Source: an uncultured Pelagibacteraceae bacterium
Lineage (GTDB): Bacteria; Pseudomonadota; Alphaproteobacteria; Pelagibacterales; Pelagibacteraceae
Assembly: GCA_902568235.1 (NCBI GenBank)
Contig: CACFPS010000004.1
Span: 29,217 to 93,216, forward strand
Direction of reading: 5' to 3'
DNA: 64,000 bases
The notes beneath the pieces were generated by a model, which worked only from the letters and a program-made list of their open reading frames with translations, was not told where the DNA came from and did not search any database. Position 1 is the first letter of the stretch. Each line of letters starts with the position of its first letter. This document shows positions 41,088-52,414 of the stretch, in pieces. The translations under genes were made by a program, and so were the position numbers.

Positions 41088-41707
41088 GGACTTAGTAAAA
41101 ATTTTTCCCAATAATTTTTATTCTTTATATATTTCAATCTTTCATGAATTCTGTTTTCGCCATCTAACCAAAATTCAATCTCTTCTGGCTTTAATCTCCA
41201 ACCAGACCAATTTACTGGCCTAGGAACTTTGTTTTCGTTTGGATATTTTTTTTTAAATTTTTCAATTGACTTTAATAAATCTTCCCTACTATTTAGTACT
41301 GAGCTTTGGTCTGATGCCCATGCGCCTATTCTACTACCATAGGATCTTGAATCAAAATAATCATCAGCTTCTTTGTCAGATACCTTTGATGCTATACCAA
41401 TAATTCTTATCTGACGAAGCAAACTCTTCCAATGAAAGCACATTGATATTTTTGGGTTAAGTTTTATTGCTTTACTTTTATCGCTATTAAAGTTTGTATA
41501 AAAAACAAAACCATTATCATCATAATCTTTTAGCAAAACCATCCTAACTGAAGGATAGCCTTCATTGTTTACCGTTCCCAAAGCAACAGCGTTTGGATCG
41601 TTAATCTCAGTTTTTTTTGCTTCTTCAAACCATTCTTTGAAAAGATCTATTGGATTATCCTTATCTTTGAAGCAAATATTCAGATTAAGTGAATTTTTTT
41701 GATTCAT
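41084..41707 (-). CDS. pdxH: pyridoxamine 5'-phosphate oxidase
   Basis: RMVLLK, FYTN, RQIRI, GAWASDQS, EFW...RIHER. Confidence 0.97.
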   Translation of the reverse strand: MNQKNSLNLNICFKDKDNPIDLFKEWFEEAKKTEINDPNAVALGTVNNEGYPSVRMVLLKDYDDNGFVFYTNFNSDKSKAIKLNPKISMCFHWKSLLRQIRIIGIASKVSDKEADDYFDSRSYGSRIGAWASDQSSVLNSREDLLKSIEKFKKKYPNENKVPRPVNWSGWRLKPEEIEFWLDGENRIHERLKYIKNKNYWEKFLLSP

Positions 41708-41739
41708 AATTTAAACAAAATAATTTATATAATAAATTA

Positions 41740-42825
41740 ATGTCATTTAATACTTTTGGAAAGTTTTTTCGGTTTACAACATGGGGAGAATCTCACGGTC
41801 CTGCTATAGGTTGTGTTGTAGATGGTTGTCCTCCAAACGTAAAGATTAGCGAAAAAGAGATACAAGCGGAGCTAAATAAAAGAAAGCCTGGTCAATCAAA
41901 GTTTACAACCCAGAGAAAAGAAGATGATAAGGTAAATATTTTATCAGGTGTCTTTGAAGGGAGAACCACAGGGACTCCAATTTCAATGATTATATTCAAT
42001 AAAGACATGAGATCTAGAGATTATGAAACTATTAAAAATAAGTTTAGACCAGGACATGCTGATTTTACTTATTTTAAAAAATATGGAATTAGAGATTATA
42101 GAGGAGGAGGAAGGCAATCAGCTAGAGAAACAGCAACTAGAGTAGCTGCTGGCGCAATAGCAAAAAAAGTTTTACAAACAAAAATTGGAGTTAAATATAA
42201 AGTTATAGGTGCTGTTACTCAATTAGGTATTTTAGGTTGCGATACGAACAATTGGAGTGATAATTTTATTTTAAAAAATTCATTATTTTGTCCTGACAAA
42301 TCAATTCTTAGGATATGGGAAAAATATTTACTTAGCATTAGAAAAGCTGGGTCTTCTTGTGGAGCAATAATCGAGTTAAGAGCTAGAGGCTTGCCTGTAG
42401 GATTAGGTGCTCCAATATATTCAAAACTTGATATGGATTTAGCATCAGCAATGATGAGCATTAATGCCGTAAAAGGTGTAAATATAGGTTCGGGAATGAA
42501 TTCTGCTCAATTAACTGGTGAACAAAATTCTGACGAAATATTTAGAAAAGGAAAAAAAATTAATTTTAAAACAAATAATGCTGGTGGGATTCTTGGAGGG
42601 ATATCTACGGGACAAGATATAATAGTTTCTTTTGCAGTTAAACCAACTTCTTCTATATTAACTTCAAGAAAAACAATTGACAAATTTGGCAAAAATACTT
42701 CTATATCTGTTAAAGGTAGACATGATCCTTGCGTTGGTATTAGGGCAGTACCAATAGGAGAAGCAATGATGCACTGTGTACTTTTGGATCACTATTTGAT
42801 GAATATTGCTCAGTGTAAAAGCTAA
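41740..42825 (+). CDS. aroC: chorismate synthase
   Basis: [28 protein letters not shown]. Confidence 0.98.
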   Translation: MSFNTFGKFFRFTTWGESHGPAIGCVVDGCPPNVKISEKEIQAELNKRKPGQSKFTTQRKEDDKVNILSGVFEGRTTGTPISMIIFNKDMRSRDYETIKNKFRPGHADFTYFKKYGIRDYRGGGRQSARETATRVAAGAIAKKVLQTKIGVKYKVIGAVTQLGILGCDTNNWSDNFILKNSLFCPDKSILRIWEKYLLSIRKAGSSCGAIIELRARGLPVGLGAPIYSKLDMDLASAMMSINAVKGVNIGSGMNSAQLTGEQNSDEIFRKGKKINFKTNNAGGILGGISTGQDIIVSFAVKPTSSILTSRKTIDKFGKNTSISVKGRHDPCVGIRAVPIGEAMMHCVLLDHYLMNIAQCKS

Positions 42826-44735
42826 TTAATTTTCTTTATTATTACTTTTGAATTTAAAGTATCAAATACTTTAACCTCAATACTCTTGGAGTCTAAACCG
42901 GCGTACTTATACATTAATTCTGGCTTATCATGATCAATAAACCTATCTGGCAAAATCATAGATCTATATTTCAAATTGCTATCTAGTAAATTTTTTTCAG
43001 CAAGAAACTGTCCAACATGAGAACCAAAACCACCTATTGATCCTTCTTCAATTGTTATAATTGCTTCATGATCAGTAGCGATTTGCCAAATTAAATTTTC
43101 ATCAAGAGGTTTGCAAAACCTAGCATCTATTATAGTTATATTAACACCTTTTTTGGATAAATTTTCTTGAGCTATTAAGCATTCTTGTAATCTGGCTCCA
43201 AAATTTATTAAGGCTAATTTTTTTCCTTCCTTGATTATACGACCTTTTCCAATATCTAGTTTTTCATCTATTGGTGGTAAATTTACTCCAACTCCATTGC
43301 CTCTAGGGTATCTAAAAGCAGATGGTCTATCATTTATATCAACTGATGTGTTAATCATTCTTACAAGTTCTGCTTCATCGCTTGCAGCCATTATAATAAA
43401 ATTTGGTAAAGTTGATAAATAAGTTATATCAAATGAACCTGCGTGTGTAGGGCCATCGGCTCCAACCAATCCAGCTCTATCAATTGCAAATCTAACTGGC
43501 AAACTCTGAATAGCAACATCATGGACAACTTGGTCGTATGCTCTTTGTAGAAAAGTAGAATAAATTGCTGCATATGGCTTATATCCCTCTGTAGCCAAAC
43601 CCCCTGCAAAAGTGACAGCATGTTGTTCGGCTATTCCTACATCAAACATCCTAGAAGGAAATTTTTCTCCAAATTTATCCATGCCAGTTCCCGATGGCAT
43701 TGCTGCTGTTATGCCTACAATTTTACTATCTTTTTCCGCATGTTTAATAAGGGTATTGGCAAAAACCTTTGTATAAGCTGGAATATTTGATTTTGTTTTT
43801 TCTTGAACCCCTGTGCTTATATTAAATTTTGAAACTCCATGATATTTATCATCCGATTTTTCAGCAAACTCATATCCTTTGCCTTTTTTTGTCCTTACGT
43901 GTATCATTATAGGGCCCTTAATATTAATATCCTTTGCATTTTTTAGAACAGATATTAGAGAGTCAATATCATGTCCATCTATTGGTCCAATATAATAAAA
44001 ACCCATTGCATTAAACAACGTTCCTCCAGTAACAGCAGACCTCAAAAAGTCTTCTGCTTTTCCTGCTTTCTTACTAAATCTTTTTGAAAAAGCTGATATA
44101 ATAAGCTTCACAGTTTCTCTAAAACTAAAATAAATATTTCCAGACAAAATTTTTGCTAAATAAGTTCTCATTGCACCTACGGGTTTGGCTATTGACATGT
44201 CATTATCATTTAAAATTACTATCATTTTAGTTTTGCTTGCACCTGCATTGTTCATTGCTTCATAGGACATTCCGGCACTTATTGCGCCATCTCCAATAAC
44301 AGCTATGACATTATTAGATTTATTAGAAAGTTCATTTGCAACTGCAATACCCAAAGCTGATGATATAGAAGTAGAACTATGTGCGGCACCAAATGGATCA
44401 TATTCGCTTTCCGTCCTTTTTGTAAAACCAGATAGTCCATCACCCTTTCTTAAAGTTCTAATTTTATCCTTCCTGCCTGTTAGTATTTTATGTGGATAAG
44501 ATTGATGTCCAACATCCCAAATTAATTTATCATTAGGAGTATTAAATATGTAATGTAAAGCAACAGTTAATTCTACAACGCCTAGGCCCGCTCCAAGATG
44601 GCCTCCAGTTTCAGACACTGTATCTATGAGTTCTTCTCTTACTTCTTTAGCCAATACCTTTAATTCTGGCTGAGAAAGTTTTTTAATGTCAGATGGAAAG
44701 TTTATATCATCTAAATACTTATAATTTGCTCTCAT
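42822..44735 (-). CDS. dxs: 1-deoxy-D-xylulose-5-phosphate synthase
   Basis: GGHLG, WDVGHQ, GDGA...[22 protein letters not shown]. Confidence 0.98.
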   Translation of the reverse strand: MRANYKYLDDINFPSDIKKLSQPELKVLAKEVREELIDTVSETGGHLGAGLGVVELTVALHYIFNTPNDKLIWDVGHQSYPHKILTGRKDKIRTLRKGDGLSGFTKRTESEYDPFGAAHSSTSISSALGIAVANELSNKSNNVIAVIGDGAISAGMSYEAMNNAGASKTKMIVILNDNDMSIAKPVGAMRTYLAKILSGNIYFSFRETVKLIISAFSKRFSKKAGKAEDFLRSAVTGGTLFNAMGFYYIGPIDGHDIDSLISVLKNAKDINIKGPIMIHVRTKKGKGYEFAEKSDDKYHGVSKFNISTGVQEKTKSNIPAYTKVFANTLIKHAEKDSKIVGITAAMPSGTGMDKFGEKFPSRMFDVGIAEQHAVTFAGGLATEGYKPYAAIYSTFLQRAYDQVVHDVAIQSLPVRFAIDRAGLVGADGPTHAGSFDITYLSTLPNFIIMAASDEAELVRMINTSVDINDRPSAFRYPRGNGVGVNLPPIDEKLDIGKGRIIKEGKKLALINFGARLQECLIAQENLSKKGVNITIIDARFCKPLDENLIWQIATDHEAIITIEEGSIGGFGSHVGQFLAEKNLLDSNLKYRSMILPDRFIDHDKPELMYKYAGLDSKSIEVKVFDTLNSKVIIKKIN

Positions 44736-45601
44736 TTGTTTCTAACCATAATATAGTTAATTGTACTTTTTAAATCTGAAGCCTTATCCCCAAATTTTTT
44801 AAGATTTTTAAAAATATTATATTTTAAATTGTTGATGTATTTAACAGTATTTTTATAACCCAGTAAACTAATTAAAGTTGCTTTTCCTTTTTTTTGGTCT
44901 TTATTAGTTTTTTTTCCAACTTTTTTAGAATTGCCTTTATAATCTATTAAATCATCAACAATTTGAAATAAAAGTCCTATATTTTCTCCTATATTATTAA
45001 ATCTTTTTATTTCATTTTTATTACCCATAATTAAAATTGGTGCTAAGCAACAAAAACTAAATAATCTTCCAGTTTTTTTTATTTGCATATCAACAATTTT
45101 AGATAGAGATTTTTTTTTTCTTTCAAAATTTAAATCAGAGAATTGTCCACCTGCTATACCTACATGTCCTGAGGATTTAGAAATAAAATTTATTAATAAA
45201 TTTTTTTTTTCATAACTAAGTTTTAATTTATTATCTGTTAAAATTTCAAAAGACATTGTTAGCAAAGAATTCCCTGCTAAAACTGCTGTAGATTCTCCAA
45301 ATTTTTTATGCGTACTAACTTTTCCTCTTCTTAAATCATCATCATCCATGCATGGTAAATCATCATGAATTAATGAGTAAGCATGAATACATTCAACTGC
45401 AGCACCAATATGTATTAAGGTTTTATAATTTATGTTAAAGATTTTTCCAACATCTACTAAAATTTTAGATCTAATTTTTTTTCCTCCTGGCAGCAAGCCA
45501 TATTTCATTGGCTTTATAAGATCAGTATTTTTTTGATTTCTTAAATATTTTTTAAGAAAGTTATTTGTATCGTTTGCAACTTTATTTAATTTTATTTTCA
45601 T
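44732..45601 (-). CDS. ispA: farnesyl diphosphate synthase
   Basis: [30 protein letters not shown]; xseB-ispA-dxs synteny. Confidence 0.95.
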   Translation of the reverse strand: MKIKLNKVANDTNNFLKKYLRNQKNTDLIKPMKYGLLPGGKKIRSKILVDVGKIFNINYKTLIHIGAAVECIHAYSLIHDDLPCMDDDDLRRGKVSTHKKFGESTAVLAGNSLLTMSFEILTDNKLKLSYEKKNLLINFISKSSGHVGIAGGQFSDLNFERKKKSLSKIVDMQIKKTGRLFSFCCLAPILIMGNKNEIKRFNNIGENIGLLFQIVDDLIDYKGNSKKVGKKTNKDQKKGKATLISLLGYKNTVKYINNLKYNIFKNLKKFGDKASDLKSTINYIMVRNK

Positions 45602-45833
45602 TTTTTGTTGAAATTTCTTTAATCTTTGATTTTGTATTTTCAGAAATATCTTTTGAACTTTTTTTAAATTTTCTCTCTATTAGATTGTTTAATTTAATTA
45701 ATTTTTGATAATCATTAATTGAATTCTCTAAATTTTTTTCATTCTCTAAATTATCAATAATTTCGTTTGCTAATTTAGTCAGTTCATTTAAAGACTTTGA
45801 ATTAATATCATCTGGAAAATTTTTTTCATTCAT
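45582..45833 (-). CDS. xseB: exodeoxyribonuclease VII small subunit-like protein (divergent)
   Basis: 83-aa helical protein (IIDNLE...LENSI..Y) at the conserved position upstream of ispA. Confidence 0.65.
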   Translation of the reverse strand: MNEKNFPDDINSKSLNELTKLANEIIDNLENEKNLENSINDYQKLIKLNNLIERKFKKSSKDISENTKSKIKEISTKNENKIK

Positions 45834-45853
45834 ATATTAGTTTGTATTATTAT

Positions 45854-46789
45854 ATGAAAAACAATCTTTCAAATATTAAAAAAGCTATTAAATATTTAAA
45901 TAATAACGAATGTATAGGTATACCAACTGAAACAGTTTATGGTCTGGCCGGTAATGCTTATTCTGATCTTGCTACTTTAAAAATATTTAGATTAAAAAAA
46001 CGTCCAAAAAAAAATCCTTTGATTGTTCACTACTCAAATCTACAAGATTTAAAAAAAGACTGTGAGATAAATAATCTCTTTTTAAAACTTTATAAAAAAT
46101 ATTCACCAGGTCCTATCTCATTTGTGCTTAAGCTAAAAAAAACTAGTAAAATATCTAATAATGTAACAAATGGAAAAAAAACTTTAGCTGTAAGATTTCC
46201 AAAACACCAATTAACTAGACGTCTTCTTAAAAAACTGAATTATCCTTTGGCAGCTCCTAGTGCTAATATTTCAAAAAGAATTAGTCCCGTTTGTAAGGAT
46301 GATGTAGAAGATGAGTTTGGAAAAAAATTAAAATTCATTTTAGATGGTGGAAGATCTCAAATAGGCTTAGAGTCAACAATTATCAGTCTAGTTGATAAAC
46401 CAGAAATTTTAAGACTAGGTGGTTTTGATAAAAAAAAAATTAAAAGACACATAGATAAAAAATATTATAAAAAAATTGGAAAAAATAAAATTTTAGTTCC
46501 TGGTCAAGGCAAGACTCATTATTCTCCCGGAATTCCTATGAGACTTAATGCTATAAACATTAGGAAAAATGAAGCCTTTTTATTGATAAAAAAAAGAAAA
46601 GAAAGAAATAAAAATTTTTTTTATTTAAGCAAAAATAAAAATATAAAAGAAATTGCTAAAAATTTGTATAGAACGCTAAGAAAAGTAAAAAAAAGTGGCT
46701 ACAAAGTTCTGGCTATAGAAAAAATTCCTAAAAAAGGTATTGGGGAAACAATTAATGATAGATTAATTAGAGCCGCCAAAAAATTATGA
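45854..46789 (+). CDS. sua5: threonylcarbamoyl-AMP synthase (Sua5 type, with C-terminal domain)
   Basis: PTETVYGL, K.RP..NPLIVH, APSAN, GLESTI, PGQ...HYSP, INDRL.RAA. Confidence 0.95.
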   Translation: MKNNLSNIKKAIKYLNNNECIGIPTETVYGLAGNAYSDLATLKIFRLKKRPKKNPLIVHYSNLQDLKKDCEINNLFLKLYKKYSPGPISFVLKLKKTSKISNNVTNGKKTLAVRFPKHQLTRRLLKKLNYPLAAPSANISKRISPVCKDDVEDEFGKKLKFILDGGRSQIGLESTIISLVDKPEILRLGGFDKKKIKRHIDKKYYKKIGKNKILVPGQGKTHYSPGIPMRLNAINIRKNEAFLLIKKRKERNKNFFYLSKNKNIKEIAKNLYRTLRKVKKSGYKVLAIEKIPKKGIGETINDRLIRAAKKL

Positions 46790-47523
46790 AAAAAGTTATT
46801 GAAGTTAGCAAACTTAAAAAAGTATATGGTTCTAAAGAAGCGGTACAAAATATTTCATTTAAAATTATGGAGAATGAAATTTTGGGTCTACTTGGGCCTA
46901 ATGGTTCAGGCAAAACAACAACCATAGGCATGTTATTAGGATTGCTAAAACCAACAAGTGGGGAAATTTTAATTGAAGGAAAAAAAATTGAAAAAAATAG
47001 AATTGAAATTTTAGAGAGATTAAATTTCATATCACCATATATTGAATTACCAAAAAAACTTACTGTAAAACAAAATCTAATTGTATATGGAAAACTTTAT
47101 AAAATTAAAAATTTGATCAGAACTATGGATTATTTAACTGAAAAATTAAGACTAGAAAATCTACTTGATAGAGTTACTGGCGAACTTTCTTCTGGTCAAA
47201 AAAATAGGGTTAGCCTAGCTAAGGCACTTATTAATGAACCAAATATTTTATTATTAGATGAGCCAACGGCATCTCTAGATCCTGAAGTTGGTGATTTTGT
47301 AAGAACTTTTATAGAAAACTACAAAAAAGAAAAAAAAATTTCAATTTTACTTGCTTCTCATAACATGAATGAAGTTACGAGACTATGTAATTCCGTAATA
47401 ATGATGAAAGAAGGAAAAATAATAGACAAAGGAACTCCTCAAAATTTAATAAATAAACATGGTAGAAAAAATTTAGAAGAGGTTTTCTTAAAGCTTTCAA
47501 GGAGTAATAATGAGTTTTACTAG
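46786..47523 (+). CDS. ABC-2 exporter ATP-binding protein
   Basis: GPNGSGKTT, LSSGQ, LLLDEPT, SH. Confidence 0.93.
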   Translation: MKKVIEVSKLKKVYGSKEAVQNISFKIMENEILGLLGPNGSGKTTTIGMLLGLLKPTSGEILIEGKKIEKNRIEILERLNFISPYIELPKKLTVKQNLIVYGKLYKIKNLIRTMDYLTEKLRLENLLDRVTGELSSGQKNRVSLAKALINEPNILLLDEPTASLDPEVGDFVRTFIENYKKEKKISILLASHNMNEVTRLCNSVIMMKEGKIIDKGTPQNLINKHGRKNLEEVFLKLSRSNNEFY

Positions 47524-48301
47524 AATATATGGCCTTTTCTTAAGGCATTTTTTTTTGATAACCAGATCTTTTCCGCGAGTATTAGATTTAATTTACTGGC
47601 CTACAATCCAAATTACTTTATGGGGCTTTATATCTAATTTTTTTGCTACACATACAACGTACTATAACAATGCTGTTGGTGTAATACTTACATGCGCAAT
47701 ACTTTATGATTTTTTATTTAGAACTAGTATTGGTTTTAATATGTTGTTTTTAGAGGAAATATGGAGCAGAAATTTCACAAATTTGTTTATTGCACCAATA
47801 AAAATTGGAGAAATATTAACCTCTTTAGTAATTACTGCGCTCATAAGAGCTTTAATAGGTTTGATTCCAGCTATTTTGTTAACATCCCCACTATTTGGAA
47901 TATCAATATTAGAACTTGGTATATTTTTGTTTTTTCTTTTTTTAAGTCTTTACATATTCGGTATAACTCTAGGTGTTTTGGTTTCATCTGGATTATTAAG
48001 GTTTGGACCTTCGTTTGAAAATATTGCTTGGTCAACCATGTTTCTATTAGCGCCCTTTGGGTGCATTTATTATCCTATAGATATACTGCCAGAAATATTT
48101 CAAAAAATTGCTTACCTTTTACCTTTGGTATATATTTTTGAGGAAGCGAGAAATATTCTGATAAACCAATCAATAGATTTAAATAATATTTATAATGCAT
48201 TTATTTTAAATGGTATTTATTTTGTTTTATCAATAGTTTTATTTTACTACTCATTTAACGTGGCAAAAAAGAAAGGAACCTTAATAAATATGGGTGAATA
48301 A
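47510..48301 (+). CDS. ABC-2 exporter permease
   Basis: Six TM segments, EEIWSRN, YYP...LP; overlaps the ATPase gene. Confidence 0.9.
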   Translation: MSFTRIYGLFLRHFFLITRSFPRVLDLIYWPTIQITLWGFISNFFATHTTYYNNAVGVILTCAILYDFLFRTSIGFNMLFLEEIWSRNFTNLFIAPIKIGEILTSLVITALIRALIGLIPAILLTSPLFGISILELGIFLFFLFLSLYIFGITLGVLVSSGLLRFGPSFENIAWSTMFLLAPFGCIYYPIDILPEIFQKIAYLLPLVYIFEEARNILINQSIDLNNIYNAFILNGIYFVLSIVLFYYSFNVAKKKGTLINMGE

Positions 48302-48303
48302 TG

Positions 48304-48380
48304 TGGTGCGCCCGCAAGGAGTCGAACCCTGAACCTCCAGAGCCGAAATCTGGCGCTCTATCCAGTTGAGCTACGAACGC
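48304..48380 (-). tRNA. tRNA-Arg(TCG)
   Basis: Reverse complement GCGTTCGTAGCTCAACTGGATAGAGCG-CCAGA-TT-TCG-GC-TCTGG-AGGTT-CAGGG-TTCGACT-CCTTG-CGGGCGC-A-CCA; 77 nt, with the A20 Arg identity base. Confidence 0.95.
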
Positions 48381-48403
48381 GTATTATATTATTATTATAA
48401 TTT

Positions 48404-49381
48404 ATGAAAAATATCATTAATTTAATTGTTCAAAAAGATGACGAAGAAGCTAGAATTGATGCATTTATATCTAAAAAAAAAGAATTGAGCAGAACGAGAG
48501 TTAAAAACCTAATTTTAAATGAAAAACTAAAAATAAATAATGTCGTTATTAAAGACCCCTCTAAAAAAATAATTAAAGATGATAGAATTATCTTTGAAAT
48601 TCCTAAACCTGAAAGAGCTTCCTTAAAGCCTTTTCAATATAAATTAGATATAATTCATGAAGATCATGATCTAATGGTTATTAATAAATCTGCTGGAATT
48701 TCAATGCATCCCGGCGCGGGTAATTATGATAATACAATTGTAAATGCTTTGATGAATCTTGATGATAGAAAACTCTCCAATATCGGAGATGAATTAAGAC
48801 CAGGTATAGTTCATAGAATAGATAAAGACACATCAGGATTAATCGTGATAGCAAAAAATAATAAATCACATGAGAAATTATCAAATCAATTTTCAGAACA
48901 TACAATTACCCGAGTGTATCAAGCCTTGATATGGGGGAAGCTCAGACCTCAAAATGGTAAGATAGAAAGTTTAATTAAAAGAAGTTCAAAAAATAGACAG
49001 ATGATGGAAGTTGGATTTTATAAAGGTAAAAAAGCAATAACAAATTATAAAACTTTAGAAGTATTTGAAAGTGAAAAAGTTCCTACTCTAAGTTTGGTTG
49101 AGTGTACGCTTAAAACAGGAAGGACTCATCAAATTAGAGTTCATATGAGTTATAAAGGAAACAATATACTTGGTGACAAGAAGTATAAGAAAAAATATAA
49201 AAAATTTAAAAATATTGATCCTAATCTTGAACATCTCATACTAAAACTAGAAAGACAGTTCCTTCATGCAAAAAAATTGGGATTTAATCACCCTTCGTCT
49301 GGAGAACGTATAGAATTTACATCAAATTTACCTCAAGAATTAGAAAATATTTTAAAAAAGCTAAGAAATTCTAATAAATAA
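48404..49381 (+). CDS. rluD: 23S rRNA pseudouridine synthase (RluA/RluD family)
   Basis: S4 domain, VINK.AG, RPGIVHRIDKDTSG, TGRTHQIRVH, LHA. Confidence 0.93.
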   Translation: MKNIINLIVQKDDEEARIDAFISKKKELSRTRVKNLILNEKLKINNVVIKDPSKKIIKDDRIIFEIPKPERASLKPFQYKLDIIHEDHDLMVINKSAGISMHPGAGNYDNTIVNALMNLDDRKLSNIGDELRPGIVHRIDKDTSGLIVIAKNNKSHEKLSNQFSEHTITRVYQALIWGKLRPQNGKIESLIKRSSKNRQMMEVGFYKGKKAITNYKTLEVFESEKVPTLSLVECTLKTGRTHQIRVHMSYKGNNILGDKKYKKKYKKFKNIDPNLEHLILKLERQFLHAKKLGFNHPSSGERIEFTSNLPQELENILKKLRNSNK

Positions 49382-49424
49382 AATTGTTGTAAAATTTTAA
49401 ATCTTTATTAAATAACTATTCACT

Positions 49425-50315
49425 ATGAGCACAACATCTTATAATTTGCCAACAATTTCTAATGAAGGTGGTTTGGCCGGATATTTGGCGCAGATAAAAA
49501 AATTTCCTATGTTGGACGCTGAAGAAGAATATATGCTAGCAAAAAACTGGCAAACAACTGGAAATGTAAAATCAGCAGAAAAATTGGTAACTAGTCATTT
49601 AAGATTAGTTGCTAAAATTGCTATGGGATATAAAGGCTATGGCTTACCTTTAAATGAGATGATATCTGAAGGAAACGTTGGTTTAATGCAAGCTGTAAAA
49701 AAATTTGAACCCGAAAAAGGTTTTAGACTAGCAACATATGCGATGTGGTGGATTAAAGCATCAATTCAAGAATATGTTTTAAGATCATGGAGCTTAGTAA
49801 AAATTGGTACCACAACAGCTCAAAAAAAATTATTTTTCAATTTAAAGAAAATTAAAAACCAAATTGCTCCAAGAGCTGAAGGTGATTTAAAAGATGAACA
49901 TATTAAAGATATTGCGAATAGATTAGATGTACGTGAGGATGAAGTTGTGTCAATGAATAGAAGACTTTCTGCTAAAGAACAATCTTTAAATGCACCAATA
50001 GGAGAAGATGGTGACGAATGGCAAGACTGGGTTGTTGATAAAGAGATGGATCATGAAATTAGATTTGCACAAAATGAGGAAATGGAACAAAGAAAAGATC
50101 TTTTACAAGACTCAATAAAAATTTTAAATGAGAGAGAAAAACAAATCTTGTATTCAAGAAGATTGACTGATGATCCAACTACTTTAGAAGAGCTAAGTAA
50201 AAAATTTAAAATTAGCAGAGAAAGAATCAGACAAATAGAAAATAAAGCTTTTGAAAAATTGCAAAAGCACATGCTTAATTCAGCTAAATCAAAAAATTTA
50301 CTTACTGCAAATTAA
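49425..50315 (+). CDS. rpoH: RNA polymerase sigma-32 factor
   Basis: RpoH box [11 protein letters not shown]; [21 protein letters not shown]. Confidence 0.97.
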   Translation: MSTTSYNLPTISNEGGLAGYLAQIKKFPMLDAEEEYMLAKNWQTTGNVKSAEKLVTSHLRLVAKIAMGYKGYGLPLNEMISEGNVGLMQAVKKFEPEKGFRLATYAMWWIKASIQEYVLRSWSLVKIGTTTAQKKLFFNLKKIKNQIAPRAEGDLKDEHIKDIANRLDVREDEVVSMNRRLSAKEQSLNAPIGEDGDEWQDWVVDKEMDHEIRFAQNEEMEQRKDLLQDSIKILNEREKQILYSRRLTDDPTTLEELSKKFKISRERIRQIENKAFEKLQKHMLNSAKSKNLLTAN

Positions 50316-51604
50316 ATTTTAAAAGGATCTTCTAAGAGAATTGTATCATTTCTTTCAGGACTAGTAGAAATGCTAGAAATTTTAGTTTCTATAAATTTTT
50401 CAAGATCTTTAATATAAATTTTTGCATTTGTGGGCAATTGATCAAAATTTTTAATACCTTCCGTCGACGATTTCCAACCTTTGTATATCTTATAGATTGG
50501 TTTCACTTTCAATTGTTCATCAACAGATGCTGGTAAATAGTCAATTTTTTTTCCCTCCAGATCGTAGCCAACGCAAATTTTAATCTCGTCTAATTCATCT
50601 AAAACATCTAATTTAGTTAAAGCAATGCCATCAATGCCTGATATTTTTATTGTTTGTCTCACTAAAACACCATCAAACCATCCACATCTTCTTTTTCTGT
50701 TAGTAACAGTGCCAAATTCTTTTCCTCGATTACCTAGAAGCTCACCAGTCTCATTTTTTAATTCAGTTGGAAAAGGTCCTTCTCCTACTCTAGTAGTGTA
50801 AGCCTTTGTAATTCCAAGAACATAATTAATTGAACTTGGCCCACATCCAGAACCAGTAGCAGCAGACGAAGCAACGGTGTTAGAAGATGTCACAAAAGGA
50901 TATGTTCCATGATCAACATCTAATAATATTCCTTGTGCACCCTCAAACAATATCTTTTTACTATTTTTTTTGAATTCCTCAATTTTTTTCCAGACTGGTT
51001 GAGAAAATTTAAGTATAATGGGTGCAATTTTCAACAATTCTTTTTTTAAATTTTCTTTTTGAAATATTTTTTTACCAAGACCTTTTCTAATTGCGTTGTG
51101 ATGCAATAATACATTGTCTAACCTGTTATCAAGATTTGACTCGGAAACCAAATCCATAACTCTAATAGATCTTCTTCCAATTTTATCCTCATATGCAGGT
51201 CCAATTCCTCTTCTTGTGGTGCCTATTTTTGAGTTACCTGCCAAATCCTCTCTTATTTCATCCATTTCCCTGTGAAATGGCAATATTAAAGTTGCTGAAT
51301 CAGAAATAATTAGATTATTTTCAGTTATATTTATTCCTTTAGATTTTATTTCTTCTATTTCGTCTAAAAGAGCCCACGGATCAATAACTACCCCATTGCC
51401 AATAACTGACACTTTATTTTTTCTCACAATACCAGAGGGGAGCAATCTTAATTTGTATGTTGTTCCATCAATAACAAGTGTGTGACCCGCATTGTGTCCG
51501 CCTTGAAATCTAATCACCACATCTGCTTCGGATGAAAGCCAGTCTACTATTTTTCCTTTGCCCTCATCTCCCCACTGAGAACCTACTACCACAACGTTTT
51601 TCAT
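50312..51604 (-). CDS. purA: adenylosuccinate synthetase
   Basis: [38 protein letters not shown]. Confidence 0.99.
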   Translation of the reverse strand: MKNVVVVGSQWGDEGKGKIVDWLSSEADVVIRFQGGHNAGHTLVIDGTTYKLRLLPSGIVRKNKVSVIGNGVVIDPWALLDEIEEIKSKGINITENNLIISDSATLILPFHREMDEIREDLAGNSKIGTTRRGIGPAYEDKIGRRSIRVMDLVSESNLDNRLDNVLLHHNAIRKGLGKKIFQKENLKKELLKIAPIILKFSQPVWKKIEEFKKNSKKILFEGAQGILLDVDHGTYPFVTSSNTVASSAATGSGCGPSSINYVLGITKAYTTRVGEGPFPTELKNETGELLGNRGKEFGTVTNRKRRCGWFDGVLVRQTIKISGIDGIALTKLDVLDELDEIKICVGYDLEGKKIDYLPASVDEQLKVKPIYKIYKGWKSSTEGIKNFDQLPTNAKIYIKDLEKFIETKISSISTSPERNDTILLEDPFKI

Positions 51605-52413
51605 TTAAATTTTTTATTTATTATAATTGTGTTTAAATGGTTAATTGGTCCATAGCCTTTTCCATAATTTGGCCTAGCACCTATCGCATGGTTAACATAC
51701 TTAATTGCCATTTCACAAGATTTCTTTAAAGTTTTTCCACATGAGTAATAAGTAGCTATAGCACTGGATAAAGTGCAACCTGTACCATGTGTATTTTTTG
51801 TTTTTATTTTTTTATTTTTAAATATTACTAATTCTTTTTTATTTACAAATATGTCGATCAATCTTTTTTTTGGTAAATGACCACCTTTTATGAGAACATT
51901 TTTGGCTCCTAAATTTACTAGTTTTCTAGCCGCATGTACCATGTCGCTCTGAGAATATATTTTCATGTTCGAGAGTATTTCTGCCTCAGGAATATTTGGT
52001 GTTATTAAAGAAACCTTTTTTAATAATTTTTTCTTTATTATACTAATAGATTTATCATTTATTAGCTTTGCACCTCCTTTTGCAGTCATGACAGGATCTA
52101 ATATAATTTTTTTTATTTTAATTTTAGCTAAAGACTTAATGATTGATTTTATAACTATTGGAGAATGAAGCATTCCAATTTTGATTGCATCTGGCTTTAT
52201 ATCTTTAGATGTGTATTCTATTTGTCTAGAAATTTCTAAAGGTGGTATTGGAACTATTGATAAAACTCCAGTAGTATTTTGAGAAGTTACTGCAGTAATA
52301 GCTGTCATCGCATATGAACCAAGAGACGTAACTGTCTTTATGTCTGCTTGTATGCCTGCGCCCCCTGATGAATCAGATCCTGCGATGATTAGTATTTTTG
52401 ATTTAATTTTCAA
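51601..52413 (-). CDS. thiD: hydroxymethylpyrimidine/phosphomethylpyrimidine kinase
   Basis: [36 protein letters not shown]. Confidence 0.97.
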   Translation of the reverse strand: MKIKSKILIIAGSDSSGGAGIQADIKTVTSLGSYAMTAITAVTSQNTTGVLSIVPIPPLEISRQIEYTSKDIKPDAIKIGMLHSPIVIKSIIKSLAKIKIKKIILDPVMTAKGGAKLINDKSISIIKKKLLKKVSLITPNIPEAEILSNMKIYSQSDMVHAARKLVNLGAKNVLIKGGHLPKKRLIDIFVNKKELVIFKNKKIKTKNTHGTGCTLSSAIATYYSCGKTLKKSCEMAIKYVNHAIGARPNYGKGYGPINHLNTIIINKKFK

Positions 52414-52414
52414 T

